From the NCBI GenBank assembly GCA_965198235.1, contig OZ240248.1:1280001-1344000 (forward strand): a stretch of 64,000 bases of DNA. Reading direction: 5' to 3'. Source of the stretch: Candidatus Poribacteria bacterium (GTDB lineage Bacteria > Poribacteria > WGA-4E > WGA-3G). The stretch's first letter is position 1. The number at the start of each line of letters is the position of its first letter. Of this stretch, positions 29,477 to 39,843 are shown piece after piece. Both the position numbers and the translations under genes were made by a program. The notes beneath the pieces were generated by a model. That model made no database searches, had not been told where the DNA came from, and saw nothing but the letters and a program-made list of their open reading frames with translations.

Positions 29477-29905
29477 TCAATTCTTGCTATCAATGTCTAC
29501 ACCGGGCCACTGGTCGTCTTGTTCGGTAATATCAACGACGATCCCATCCGGGTCTTCCACTTTGAATGCTACTGAAGGCGGTTCGTCCGAATTCGGGTTG
29601 TAAGGTTTGTTACCGTCTAATCCTTCCCAGGTGATTTCAAAACCGAGGTCTTCACATCGCTGTGCCGCTTCCCCCAAGTTCGGGACGCGAACGCCGATGT
29701 GGAGGTAGTCTAACATCCCGCCGACATGTTTCGGACGTTCGGGACCCCCGTGCTGAAACACACGGAAGTTGTGATAGCCGTCCGTGAGATCGTAGCATCC
29801 ATTCATCGTTGAGAAAACCCGCAATCCGAGCGCATCGCGCCAGAAGCGGATGCTCTTCTCCAGGTCAGTCGTGCGGACACCAATGTGTACAAGTGTTGTT
29901 GACAT
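29477..29905 (-). CDS. VOC/glyoxalase family protein
   Basis: HIGVRTTDLEKSIRFW, HIGVRV, EDPDG. Confidence 0.85.
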   Translation of the reverse strand: MSTTLVHIGVRTTDLEKSIRFWRDALGLRVFSTMNGCYDLTDGYHNFRVFQHGGPERPKHVGGMLDYLHIGVRVPNLGEAAQRCEDLGFEITWEGLDGNKPYNPNSDEPPSVAFKVEDPDGIVVDITEQDDQWPGVDIDSKN

Positions 29906-30020
29906 AGGAAATCTCCTTGTAAAAATATCATATCAGAAAGTTACAAACCCAGTACAAACTTGACCAAAAACCTGCCTGAAACGTAGTGGAAGGCAGACCA
30001 GAAACTTAATAATTAAAAAA

Positions 30021-30809
30021 TTAGATCCAGACAGTCGGTTCTCGGTTTTCTGCGCGATGCTCATAGAGCAATTTGACATCATCCGGTAACTTATCAAACG
30101 TTTCGCTGGGAATCGTGGCGGTATTCGCACCAAAAAGTTCTAAATTCAACCACCACGGCGCGTATCTGATGACAACCGCAGTCCGTTTACCGGCACTCGG
30201 GTTTTCTGCGTTGGAGTGCCAAATCCGGCTGTCCATGATGAGTACACTGCCCGCACTTCCAATGGCTTGCATTTCCCCGTCAATTGGAGCCCGGTCACCA
30301 ATGCCGTCTGCTTTGCCTCTGGGGTTCCGAAGGTCCACATGCGTCTTCGGAACAATCCAGGTCCCTCCGTTTTCTGTTGTGAACTCGGAAAGCATCCAGA
30401 GGGTAGTGATACCGATGACAGCACTCGGAAACGGCTGTGGAATGTGCCACTTCTGGTTCAGATCGTATGGAAAATCGGAGTGGTATGCACGCATCAATTC
30501 GTAATGTGGAGGACGGATCTTATACTCAGTCTGTGAAATACGTACTTGTGGCCCGAGTAACTGTTGGATAGTGGTGAGGAGCCGCTCGTTCGCGAGGTGC
30601 GCGGCGAATTTTGGCATGAAACTGATGACGTTACGTCCCCATACACCGTGCTCTTTTCTGAATTCATTATAGTCGGCTTCAGAGGTTTCGACCTCTTCGC
30701 GAACCTCATCAACCACATCGGCGGGTACAACGTTCTCTAAGACGCACCAGCCCTCTTCTCGTAGTTGCGTAACGTGAGGTTCAATTGTTTCTAATAGATT
30801 GTCTGACAT
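30021..30809 (-). CDS. Phytanoyl-CoA dioxygenase family protein
   Basis: YHSD, NGGTWIVPKTH, AGSVLIMDSRIWH. Confidence 0.88.
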   Translation of the reverse strand: MSDNLLETIEPHVTQLREEGWCVLENVVPADVVDEVREEVETSEADYNEFRKEHGVWGRNVISFMPKFAAHLANERLLTTIQQLLGPQVRISQTEYKIRPPHYELMRAYHSDFPYDLNQKWHIPQPFPSAVIGITTLWMLSEFTTENGGTWIVPKTHVDLRNPRGKADGIGDRAPIDGEMQAIGSAGSVLIMDSRIWHSNAENPSAGKRTAVVIRYAPWWLNLELFGANTATIPSETFDKLPDDVKLLYEHRAENREPTVWI

Positions 30810-30826
30810 TGACGCCTCCTGAAATC

Positions 30827-31225
30827 TTAGGAATTGAAACCTGTTTCTCGCTCGCGGTTGTAACGGACTGCTGCCTTGATGAGCGGTGCGAGCCGCATCA
30901 CCTTACCAAGGGAACCGATGATGCCGATCTCGCGTGTCGTTATCGCTCCCATAACGTTGAGTTTGCCTGTCCAAAATTTGTAGGCGACGTCACCCGTCAT
31001 AGTAAGTTCAACATCTGGGGGAGTGTCGTCACAGGTGCCGCGGGCAACGGTATATTCGCCATTTGCTGCCGTTAAGGTCATCTGGCAATCGGGCGCGCTG
31101 TAGTTAAATTGAACGCTCAGCGTCAGCGACTTCAGTGCCTCTTTCGCTTCCGGTAGCGTAGCGATTTCTTCAAACAGTTCACTGATGTAACTATAGAGCT
31201 GATCGGGTGTTTCAAATATAACCAT
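30827..31225 (-). CDS. SCP2 sterol/lipid-binding domain protein
   Basis: PDVELTM..D...KFWTGKLN...AI....I.I.G. Confidence 0.75.
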   Translation of the reverse strand: MVIFETPDQLYSYISELFEEIATLPEAKEALKSLTLSVQFNYSAPDCQMTLTAANGEYTVARGTCDDTPPDVELTMTGDVAYKFWTGKLNVMGAITTREIGIIGSLGKVMRLAPLIKAAVRYNRERETGFNS

Positions 31226-31273
31226 AGTTTGCGGTATAGCATACTGTACAACAAATTGGAAGTCAAATAAAAA

Positions 31274-31861
31274 ATGAAAATGAATCCATCTAAACTATTT
31301 CGTGAAGAAATCTCCAAGGAGATATCTTTTGATGCGCAATCTTACGAAAATGCTCGAAATTACTTTGCTTCTCGGACTATTGCCTACGAGTCTCCGATGG
31401 GATGTATGGGCATAGTCGCGGCAGATCAGGAGAGTATTTCGCATGTTTTCTTTACCGATGATTTTCCATTCCGTGAACCATCACCTATCCACATGCAATA
31501 TCCTGTACTGACTTATGCTCAGGAACTGCTCGACCGATATTTCGCTGGTGAGCCGCTTGAGGTCTCTGCAGTTCCGATCCGAGTAGACTGGGGGACAGAC
31601 TTTCAGAACAGGGTGTGGGAGACTATTCGTCAGATTCCTTATGGAGAGGTGCGTAGCTACAAGTGGATCGCAGAACAGGTAGGAAGACCAAAGGCAGTTC
31701 GGGCTGTCGGCAGCGCGGTTGGGGCAAATGCCGCAGTTATTCTCAATCCGTGTCATCGTGTCATTAGAAGCAATGGCGCGTTGGGAGGCTACGGTGGCGG
31801 TCTGGAACGGAAACTTCAGTTGTTAGCACTTGAAGGTTATCCTATCAAACAATTAAAATAA
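31274..31861 (+). CDS. ogt: Methylated-DNA--protein-cysteine methyltransferase
   Basis: GTDFQ..VW...IPYGE..SY, RAVG, PCHRV. Confidence 0.92.
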   Translation: MKMNPSKLFREEISKEISFDAQSYENARNYFASRTIAYESPMGCMGIVAADQESISHVFFTDDFPFREPSPIHMQYPVLTYAQELLDRYFAGEPLEVSAVPIRVDWGTDFQNRVWETIRQIPYGEVRSYKWIAEQVGRPKAVRAVGSAVGANAAVILNPCHRVIRSNGALGGYGGGLERKLQLLALEGYPIKQLK

Positions 31862-31914
31862 GTGCCTTTCTTTTGCAAGTGCTTCCAGCACAAAAACCTC
31901 CGAGGAGTTTTTTT

Positions 31915-33120
31915 ATGACATCTCAGAAAAATTTAGGTAAAGCCACCCAAGCCATCCATGCGGGCGAGGCACGGGCATCCTCCACTGAGAAAACTGGGGT
32001 CCCTTTGTTACCGCCTATCTATCAGAACAGTACTTTCCGTTTCGCTACGGCTGCTGAGTGCGCTGAAGCGTTCCGAGATGAGGAGAGCGGTTATGTCTAT
32101 ACGCGCTGGGGGAATCCGACGCAAGAGGTATTAGAGCAGAAACTCGCTGTCCTTGAAGCCGGCGAAGCCGCGCTCGCTACTGCGTCGGGGATGGGAGCGG
32201 TCAGCACGGCATTACTGACTGCCTTAGCAGATGGTGGACATGTCGTCGCAATGGAGAACCTCTATTCCGCTACATTCCAAATCCTCAATGAAGAGTTTCC
32301 ACGGTTCGGGATTGAGACTACGTTTGTTGACGCTACAGATACCACACAAATTGAGCGCGCTATCCGAGCGGATACCAAAGTCCTTTATCTTGAAAGCCCA
32401 ACAAATCCGCTCCTAAAACTGGTTGACTTGGGGGCAGCTGCTGAGATTGCAAAAGCACACGGCTTAACCTCGATCATCGATAACACCTTCGCCACTCCGT
32501 GCGGTCAGCAACCGATTACCTTTGGCATTGATGTCGTCGTTCACAGCATGACGAAGTACATGAGTGGTTCTGGCGCAGTTATCGCGGGTGCGATTATTGG
32601 GCAAAAGGAATTCGTTGTACGTGCCAAGGAAGGGGCACTCCGCAACTTTGGTGCAGTTATCAGTCCGTTCAACGCATGGTTAACGCTTCACGGTCTCACC
32701 ACCCTACCGCTGCGGTTTGCACGACACAGTGAAAACGCTACACGTGTCGCAGCGTTTCTTGAGGCGCATCCGGCAGTGGCATGGGGCCGCCACCCCAGTT
32801 TGCCGAGTCACCCGCAACATGAACTCGCTAAACGCCAGATGGATGCGTTTGGTGGTATGATAACGTTGGAGTTGAAAGGTGGATGCACTGCGGGTGAACA
32901 CCTCGTCGATCATCTCCAACTCTGTTCGCTGGCAGTCAGTTTGGGAGACGTGCGCACCCTCATCTGCCATCCTGCATCAACAACGCATTCACATGTTCCC
33001 GCAGGAATCCAGCGGCGGACCGGAATTACGGATGGCTTAGTCAGGATTTCCATCGGGCTGGAAGATGCCGAAGATATTATCGCCGACCTCGGACAGGCGT
33101 TAGAGTCCTACACTCCTTAA
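31915..33120 (+). CDS. PLP-dependent trans-sulfuration enzyme (methionine gamma-lyase/cystathionine gamma-synthase family)
   Basis: YTRWGNPT, ASGMGA, ESPTNP, DNTFATP, HSMTKY, SLGD. Confidence 0.9.
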   Translation: MTSQKNLGKATQAIHAGEARASSTEKTGVPLLPPIYQNSTFRFATAAECAEAFRDEESGYVYTRWGNPTQEVLEQKLAVLEAGEAALATASGMGAVSTALLTALADGGHVVAMENLYSATFQILNEEFPRFGIETTFVDATDTTQIERAIRADTKVLYLESPTNPLLKLVDLGAAAEIAKAHGLTSIIDNTFATPCGQQPITFGIDVVVHSMTKYMSGSGAVIAGAIIGQKEFVVRAKEGALRNFGAVISPFNAWLTLHGLTTLPLRFARHSENATRVAAFLEAHPAVAWGRHPSLPSHPQHELAKRQMDAFGGMITLELKGGCTAGEHLVDHLQLCSLAVSLGDVRTLICHPASTTHSHVPAGIQRRTGITDGLVRISIGLEDAEDIIADLGQALESYTP

Positions 33121-34338
33121 ATTTTGGATGTAATTCTCATTGATATTATTTGACGGATGGGTTGCCTCTTTGTGGGGTTCCGGAAATTCTGTGATCAACT
33201 TCTGATACGCGTCTACCGCTAAATCCGTGTCGCCACCGTCCTCATGGATTTTGCCAACCGAATATTGTGCTGCCCGCCGGGTGTCGTAATCGTAACTATT
33301 GTTATCCGCAACCTTCTGATACGCGTCAATGGCACTTGCCATATCGTTATTGGCATAGGCGATTTGCCCGATATAAATCTGTGAGTTGGCGGCGTTTTCA
33401 TTGCGCGGATACAGGTCAATGGCTTCTTCAAGTCGAGCGATGGCTTCGTCGTATTTGCCGAGCCGTTCATACGCCCATCCCATATAAAAGTACGCATCCT
33501 TCCCAACCTTGGTGTCTGGATAGAGGTCTATAACTTTCTGGTAGTCGTCAATCGCCTCCTGATATTTTCCCTCCGCGAAATACGATTGCGGGATACCGAA
33601 ACTCGCAATCGGTGCAAGGTCCGGGTCTCCGGAATCAACGACGTTTGCGAATTCCACTCGTGCGTTTTCATAGTCCTGCTTCCTAAGGTAAATTTCGCCG
33701 GTGACGTATAGAATCTGGTAAAGCAGGGGGTTGTCACTGAATGGTTCTCTGAGTGCATCAAACTGGGCAAGTGCGAGATTCAATTCACCCTTGCCATAGT
33801 AACACATGGCTGTATTGAACTGCGCCTGATCTGACAGTTCACTACCGGGGTATACCGCAATTAATTGATTGTAAAGTGCAAGAGCACGGTCATAGTAAGC
33901 ATCCACGGATTCAAGGGTGCCGGTCCTTTTTAACTGCTCCGCGATCTGATAGGAGGCGAAAGCGATGGCGTACATCGAATCATCTGTCCACTCACTATCT
34001 GGATAATTGTTAATAAGTCGGCGGAAGAGTGCGAAAGCCTCTTCATCGGTGCGTGGAATTCGTGAAGCGAGTTGATAGATAGCGTCGTCTCCCCACAAAC
34101 TGTCGGGGTATTTGTCGAAGACTTCGCGGTATGCGGCTCTGACTTTGCGTAAACGGTTTTTGTCTGGTTCGTCAAGTGTTATGGGTGGATTATCGAGTCT
34201 CTGTGCTGCTGTCCAGGCTTTGTCGGCGTTGTCGTAATAGTTTTCGTAACTCTTGTCGTTACTGGTAAAGCGCCCGAGCCAGAACCCAGCAACGAGCGCG
34301 AGCACAACGCAAATTTCTGCGATTATGAATTTCTTCAT
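33100..34338 (-). CDS. Membrane-anchored tetratricopeptide repeat protein
   Basis: N-terminal hydrophobic helix; repeated A...Y..LI..YPDS TPR units; AAGGAG Shine-Dalgarno. Confidence 0.85.
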   Translation of the reverse strand: MKKFIIAEICVVLALVAGFWLGRFTSNDKSYENYYDNADKAWTAAQRLDNPPITLDEPDKNRLRKVRAAYREVFDKYPDSLWGDDAIYQLASRIPRTDEEAFALFRRLINNYPDSEWTDDSMYAIAFASYQIAEQLKRTGTLESVDAYYDRALALYNQLIAVYPGSELSDQAQFNTAMCYYGKGELNLALAQFDALREPFSDNPLLYQILYVTGEIYLRKQDYENARVEFANVVDSGDPDLAPIASFGIPQSYFAEGKYQEAIDDYQKVIDLYPDTKVGKDAYFYMGWAYERLGKYDEAIARLEEAIDLYPRNENAANSQIYIGQIAYANNDMASAIDAYQKVADNNSYDYDTRRAAQYSVGKIHEDGGDTDLAVDAYQKLITEFPEPHKEATHPSNNINENYIQNLRSVGL

Positions 34339-34443
34339 CTTTTTTCTCCTTGGCAAGTATTGGTTCAGACTATACTAACAAGGTCTCCGAAATATGTCAA
34401 GTGTAGTTTATGGTAGCGTCCAAATGAATATACCTTTTGCTGT

Positions 34444-34557
34444 AGCAAATTTTATGCCGAGCTGAACCATACCGACCGCTGCAATTTTTAGCCGAATACC
34501 GAGAAAGTACTGCACGAAATGGGGCATACTTTATGTTCAGTTGCACGGAATCGGGCA
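34444..34557 (-). promoter_or_regulatory. Sigma54-type promoter with two upstream activator-like sites
   Basis: Minus strand cGGcataaaatttGCt (GG-N10-GC) at 34444-34459; TGCAC-N6-GGGCA at 34511 and 34542. Confidence 0.5.
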
Positions 34558-34580
34558 AATTGACAAAGCCTTTAATTTGC

Positions 34581-34609
34581 TTGACAACATGAGGGCGGTT
34601 TGATAAAAT
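34581..34609 (+). promoter_or_regulatory. Sigma70 promoter of the amino-acid ABC operon
   Basis: TTGACA-17 nt-TAAAAT with TGn. Confidence 0.65.
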
Positions 34610-34755
34610 GTATAAAATATAACACTCGCTTTTCTTTCTTAAGAAGAGCGTAAAAGAGATTTTAGTAAAATTGTTAGCAATTATAACTAACTTTAATCAA
34701 GGTCCTTCGCTAACGATCCCTATGGCGGGGATTACATTGAAAGGAGAGGATTTCT

Positions 34756-35772
34756 GTGCGTAAATTTTTGTTTCGCGTTTCCGCATTAGTTTTAGCAATT
34801 GCGTTGGTAGCCCCATTACTCGCCGAAGGTGAGGGAAGTGTTCTGGACAGAGTAAAAAATAGAGGGCGATTGATATGTGGGGTACATGGAGGTTTACCCG
34901 GCTTCAGCTTCCTAAGTGAAGATGGAAATTGGAGCGGTTTTGATGTGGATTATGGTAGGGCAATCGCTGCCGCTGTTCTCGGTAACCCTGACAAGGTTGA
35001 ATTCGTTCCCTTGAAAGCCCCCGAACGTTTTCCTGCCTTACAGACGGGGGAAATAGATGTCTTAATTCGAAACACAACATGGACACTGACTCGCGACACC
35101 CAAGTCGGTGCCGACTTTGCACCCCCAACCTTTTACGATGGACAGGGATTTATGCTTCGCAAGGATCTCGGCATCACATCTATAGAGGAATTGGCAGGCG
35201 CGAGTATCGGTGTAACGGCGGGTAGCACCACCGAGTTAAATTTGACGGATACAATGCGAGCTTTAGGTGTCGAATTTAATCCCGTTGTCGTTGAAGAAAC
35301 GGATACACTCTTCAACAGTTACGAACAAGGGCGTTGTGACGTTGTGACCTCTGATAAATCCCAGTTGGTAGCACGCCGCCAAGTCCTCAAGGATCCAGAG
35401 GCACATATTATCCTTGACGCGACGATCTCGAAGGAGCCGTTGGGTCCTGTCACGGTACATGGTGATAACAAATGGAACGATGTCGTGAGTTGGGTGGTTT
35501 ACGCGACGTTCTTCGCCGAAGAACACGGAATTACGAAAGCCAATGTCGGTGCTTTTGAAACTGGCAATCCTGAGATTAAACGTTTCTTAGGGAAGACCGG
35601 CGATACAGGGAAACAACTGAGTCTGTCGAAAGATTGGGCACATCAAGTGGTAGGTGCTGTCGGCAACTACGGTGAAATCTTTGAGCGCAATCTCACGCCG
35701 CTTGGCTTGCCACGCGGGGTCAATAAGCCGTGGACGCAAGGCGGACTACTCTACGCGATGCCCTTCCGTTAG
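34756..35772 (+). CDS. aapJ: General L-amino acid ABC transporter, substrate-binding protein
   Basis: RFPALQTGEIDVLIRNTTWTLTRD, YDGQGF, ISKEPLGP, VGNYGEIFERN. Confidence 0.88.
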   Translation: MRKFLFRVSALVLAIALVAPLLAEGEGSVLDRVKNRGRLICGVHGGLPGFSFLSEDGNWSGFDVDYGRAIAAAVLGNPDKVEFVPLKAPERFPALQTGEIDVLIRNTTWTLTRDTQVGADFAPPTFYDGQGFMLRKDLGITSIEELAGASIGVTAGSTTELNLTDTMRALGVEFNPVVVEETDTLFNSYEQGRCDVVTSDKSQLVARRQVLKDPEAHIILDATISKEPLGPVTVHGDNKWNDVVSWVVYATFFAEEHGITKANVGAFETGNPEIKRFLGKTGDTGKQLSLSKDWAHQVVGAVGNYGEIFERNLTPLGLPRGVNKPWTQGGLLYAMPFR

Positions 35773-35775
35773 AGA

Positions 35776-35994
35776 TTTTAATTTTTCCTTTTAAGGGGTG
35801 GTTGGATGTTTGTGGCGGTGGCTAACGTTATAATTGGCATCGTCCGCCTGCGTGCCTATAATGTAGAACAGATAATCCAAAGCACATAGCCCGTAATGAA
35901 ATGGAGGGGTTTTTGCTGGGGTATTTCTTCAGATTTAAGCAAGGAACGTCATACCCCGAACCCACTTTGTGTAACCGCAAGGTAAAATTAAAAA
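35776..35994. repeat. MITE-like element (family A, subtype ending aaccgcaagg-aaaattaaaa)
   Basis: Ends ttttaatttttcctt / aaggtaaaattaaaa; internal tagcccgtaatgaaatggagg also at ~38663. Confidence 0.6.
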
Positions 35995-36001
35995 GCAATC
36001 T

Positions 36002-37153
36002 ATGAGCATTCCCTTCTGGCGAGACATCCGCGTCCTACGCGTGCTCCTCCAAGTCCTTTTTCTCATTGGTATTTTCCTGTTGGCAGGGGTTCTCTATACA
36101 AATATGATCAGGGGGTTGAGCAACCTCGGATTAACGCTTAACCTCGATTTTCTGGGGAATGAAGCCGGGTTTGATATCTCCGAAGGGATTGAATACGACC
36201 CCTCAGAAACGTATCTCAAAGCGTTCTGCGTCGGGGTCGTGAATACCCTTAAGGTGAGTTTAATCGGCATTGTATGTGCGACGATTTTGGGGCTTGTTGT
36301 CGGTATCGCTCGCCTCTCAAGTAACTGGCTAATCCGAACCATAGCCGCTATTTATGTTGAATGTTTTCGTAACATTCCACTCTTGCTCCAGATACTGTTT
36401 TGGTACACTGCCGTAATCCTCCAGTTTCCAAGGGTCCGAGAGAGTCTCTCGTTGTTCGGAAGCGTGTTCATCAATCAGCGAGGTGTCTACCTTCCTTCAC
36501 CTGAACCTACTGCTGGTTTGAAGGTGTGGGGCGGATTTCTTCTTGCTGGCTTTGTTTTGGCGGTGATCCTTTATGTCCTGCGTGCGAAACAACTCCAGCA
36601 GCTGGAACGTCCCGGTTTTCGCGCGAAGTGGGCACTGCCGGCTTTCCTAATCATTGCGATTTTCGGATGGGTTCTGACACCGGAAAAACCGTTCACACTC
36701 GATTTTCCGGTCTTAGGGGGTTTCAACTTCGTTGGAGGATTGAGTTTATCACCTGAGTTCTCTGCGCTTTTAATCGGACTTTCTGTTTACACTGGAGCAT
36801 TCATCGCTGAAATCGTGAGAAGTGGAATACAGGCTGTCGCGAAGGGGCAACGGGAAGCCGCGAAAGCCGTCGGTTTAAGCGAAGCGCAAACCTTACAGTT
36901 AGTCGTTCTACCGCAAGCGATTCCGATCATCGTGCCGCCGCTCACCAGCCAGTATTTGAACATCGCTAAAAACTCCAGTTTGGCGATCGCAATCGGTTTC
37001 CCTGATGTGTTTAGTATTGGCAACACAATGATGCTGCAAACCGGACAGTCCATCCCTGTGTTCGCGATGATTATGGTGAGTTACCTGATTATGAGTTTAA
37101 CGACATCGGCTGGTATGAATTGGTACAATCGCTGGATTACCCGTAACCGTTAA
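36002..37153 (+). CDS. aapQ: Amino acid ABC transporter permease
   Basis: RLSSNWL, FRNIPLLLQ, AFIAEIVRSGI...GQREAA, YLNIAKNSSLA. Confidence 0.88.
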   Translation: MSIPFWRDIRVLRVLLQVLFLIGIFLLAGVLYTNMIRGLSNLGLTLNLDFLGNEAGFDISEGIEYDPSETYLKAFCVGVVNTLKVSLIGIVCATILGLVVGIARLSSNWLIRTIAAIYVECFRNIPLLLQILFWYTAVILQFPRVRESLSLFGSVFINQRGVYLPSPEPTAGLKVWGGFLLAGFVLAVILYVLRAKQLQQLERPGFRAKWALPAFLIIAIFGWVLTPEKPFTLDFPVLGGFNFVGGLSLSPEFSALLIGLSVYTGAFIAEIVRSGIQAVAKGQREAAKAVGLSEAQTLQLVVLPQAIPIIVPPLTSQYLNIAKNSSLAIAIGFPDVFSIGNTMMLQTGQSIPVFAMIMVSYLIMSLTTSAGMNWYNRWITRNR

Positions 37154-37297
37154 AAAAACCCTTGACTTCGGCGCATCGCTCCGCTACATTTCACGATGGT
37201 TTCTGGTCAATTTCAAGGAAACTAAACCCCGTAGGGGTGAAATCTCTGTAGGGGAACCAGAAGCCAATAAATTAAAAAATGCCCAGGAGTCCATAGT

Positions 37298-38446
37298 TTG
37301 AAAATTTTGTCATGGTGTAAAGAGAACCTGTTTAGCACGTGGTACAATACCCTGTTGACAATCGTCGCGCTCGGTTTCGTGTACTTTCTTTTGAAGGGAA
37401 TTTTAACATGGGCGTTCACGGATGCAAATTGGGGCGTTATCCCTGCGAACCTGCAACTTTTTTCAGTCGGGGCTTATCCGAGAGCCGAGATATGGCGGGT
37501 GTGGGTTGTCCTTTATACCGTGTGTGCCCTGTTGGGTTTAAGTGGCGGAGTTTGGGGAGGGCTCCCATTCCGATTTGCTCTCGGTATCGGTAGTATTGGA
37601 TTTGTATGTGTGCTCCTGCCCCTGTTTGAATGGGCAACACGTGGGTGGATATTCGGCAGCGTGGCGTTACTCGGTGCCTTTCTTGCTCTTGGTGTCAACA
37701 TCCGAGGCTTGGTTTCAAAAGTACGTCCTTGGATATTGGGTGCATGGCTATTCTCTTTCCCGTGGACGTTGATAATGCTACGCGGCTTCGGCGAAAATTC
37801 TGTTCTTACTACGAATTGGGGAGGACTCCTCCTAACACTGATTCTGGCGGCTGTCGGTATCGTCTTCTGTTTTCCACTCGGCGTACTTTTAGCATTGGGG
37901 CGACGGAGCACTTTTCCGGCTGTCAAGTGGGTTTCGACCGCCTATATTGAGTTAATTCGCGGTGTGCCATTGATAACAATCCTATTCATGGCACAGATCA
38001 TGATTCCTATTTTTATGCCGAATGTCCGCCTCGACAAAGTCTTGCGTGCCATGCTGGGGATAACGCTTTTCTCTGCCGCTTATATGGCGGAGAACGTCCG
38101 GGGCGGACTTCAAGCGGTTCCAAAAGGGCAATATGAAGCTGCGCACGCCCTGGGACTCAATTATCCACTAACGACGCTATTTATTATCTTGCCACAGGCA
38201 CTACGCTCCGTCATACCGGCGATTGTTGGGCAGTTCATAGCACTCTTCAAGGATACATCTCTCGTTACAATTGTTGGATTGTTGGATCTTTTGGGCATAG
38301 CGAAAACAGTCATAGCGAACCCGAATTGGTTGGGACTGCAAGCCGAGGTATACCTATTTGTTGCGGTGATCTATTTTGTGTTCAGTTACTCGATGTCCTA
38401 TGTCAGTCAGAGAATTGAAACAGCACTCGGTGTTGGAAAAACTTAG
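37298..38446 (+). CDS. aapM: Amino acid ABC transporter permease
   Basis: WGGLLLTL, IELIRGVPLI, AYMAENVRGGLQ...GQYEAA, FKDTSLV. Confidence 0.88.
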   Translation: MKILSWCKENLFSTWYNTLLTIVALGFVYFLLKGILTWAFTDANWGVIPANLQLFSVGAYPRAEIWRVWVVLYTVCALLGLSGGVWGGLPFRFALGIGSIGFVCVLLPLFEWATRGWIFGSVALLGAFLALGVNIRGLVSKVRPWILGAWLFSFPWTLIMLRGFGENSVLTTNWGGLLLTLILAAVGIVFCFPLGVLLALGRRSTFPAVKWVSTAYIELIRGVPLITILFMAQIMIPIFMPNVRLDKVLRAMLGITLFSAAYMAENVRGGLQAVPKGQYEAAHALGLNYPLTTLFIILPQALRSVIPAIVGQFIALFKDTSLVTIVGLLDLLGIAKTVIANPNWLGLQAEVYLFVAVIYFVFSYSMSYVSQRIETALGVGKT

Positions 38447-38710
38447 GAATAGTTGTCAGAAGAATAGTTGTCGGTTCGGATTTTTTCAAAAAAGCCTTTC
38501 AGGAGTCAGTTGTCGGACGAAGACGAAAGGATTATCGAAGTCCTCTTTTAACTGAAAACTGATAACTATTTACCAGCCTACTTCATTTAACCGCAAGTTT
38601 TTAATTAATGGTCTCTTGGACTGCGCTCCACTTCGTTACGCGCAGGTATCTGGCGAAGACCGTAGCCCGTAATGAAATGGAGGGCGGTTCTACGGAAAGG
38701 CACGTCGCAG

Positions 38711-39484
38711 ATGAAGACTCACCTGACCGAACCGCAAGGAAAAATTAAAAAGCCGATTATTGTCTGTGAAGATGTACATAAATGGTTTGACGATTTCCAT
38801 GTCCTCAGAGGGATTACGACCTCATTCCAAAAGGGCGAAAAGGCAGTAATATGTGGCCCCTCTGGATCGGGCAAATCCACGTTCATTCGGACACTGAACC
38901 GTTTGGAAGAGCATCAGCGTGGCAAAATTGTCGTTGATGGCGTTGAGCTCAGTGATGATCTCCGCAATATCAATCTTATCCGTCAGGAAGTCGGTATGGT
39001 GTTCCAGCAGTTCAACCTGTTTCCTCATCTGACGAACCTACAGAATATCACCTTAGGTCCCATCAGGGTCAGAAAGATGACAAAAAGTGAAGCAGAAGAG
39101 GTCGCTTTATCGCTTTTAGAACGGGTCGATATTGCAGATCAGGCGTACAAGTACCCCGCAGAAATTTCGGGTGGGCAACAACAGCGGGTCGCAATCGCAA
39201 GGGCATTGGCGATGGAACCAAAGATTATGCTTTTCGATGAACCGACAAGTGCACTCGATCCGGAGATGATCACGGAAGTTTTAGATGTGATGCGTGAACT
39301 CGCACGTTCCGGGATGACCATGCTTGTTGTTACACATGAAATGGGGTTTGCACGTGAAGTCGCCGATCGGATCCTCTTCTTTGATGAGGGTGCGATTGTC
39401 GAGGATGCGGCACCCGCAGATTTCTTTGATAACCCACAGCACGAACGCACGAAGCTTTTCATCTCGCAAACGCTGCAACATTAG
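38711..39484 (+). CDS. aapP: Amino acid ABC transporter ATP-binding protein (start uncertain)
   Basis: [34 protein letters not shown]. Confidence 0.88.
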   Translation: MKTHLTEPQGKIKKPIIVCEDVHKWFDDFHVLRGITTSFQKGEKAVICGPSGSGKSTFIRTLNRLEEHQRGKIVVDGVELSDDLRNINLIRQEVGMVFQQFNLFPHLTNLQNITLGPIRVRKMTKSEAEEVALSLLERVDIADQAYKYPAEISGGQQQRVAIARALAMEPKIMLFDEPTSALDPEMITEVLDVMRELARSGMTMLVVTHEMGFAREVADRILFFDEGAIVEDAAPADFFDNPQHERTKLFISQTLQH

Positions 39485-39489
39485 AATTC

Positions 39490-39624
39490 AAGTTAGGGGT
39501 CAAAGTTGCTATACAATTTGTCGTACACACTTTCGAGCAAACAGGACACGATGTGAATATTCGCGTCATTTCTGCTCGTAAAGCCACCCGAGCCGAAATC
39601 AAACAATATGAGGAATTTAACTGA
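39490..39624 (+). pseudogene. BrnT toxin, C-terminal remnant
   Basis: Frame reads VVHTFEQ...IRVISARKATRAEIKQYEEFN*; TGA overlaps the antitoxin ATG; no N-terminus. Confidence 0.7.
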
Positions 39625-39824
39625 TGAAAGCAGAATATGATTTTTCAAAAGGTGAACGCGGTAAGTTCTACAATGCAGAAGCTGTTTTCCAAACTCCTAT
39701 CTATCTGGAAAAAGATGTTGATGACTTTATACGTCATCTTGCCGATGCCAAAGGAAAGGACGTTGGCGAACTTGTCAACGAATTGCTCCGCCGCAATATG
39801 CAGTTGATTCAGAGTATCCAATAA
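39624..39824 (+). CDS. BrnA/CopG-like antitoxin
   Basis: MKAEYDFSKGERGKFY...IYLEKDV...LVNELLR. Confidence 0.75.
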   Translation: MKAEYDFSKGERGKFYNAEAVFQTPIYLEKDVDDFIRHLADAKGKDVGELVNELLRRNMQLIQSIQ

Positions 39825-39843
39825 ACAAACGGAGTGTCGCCTC

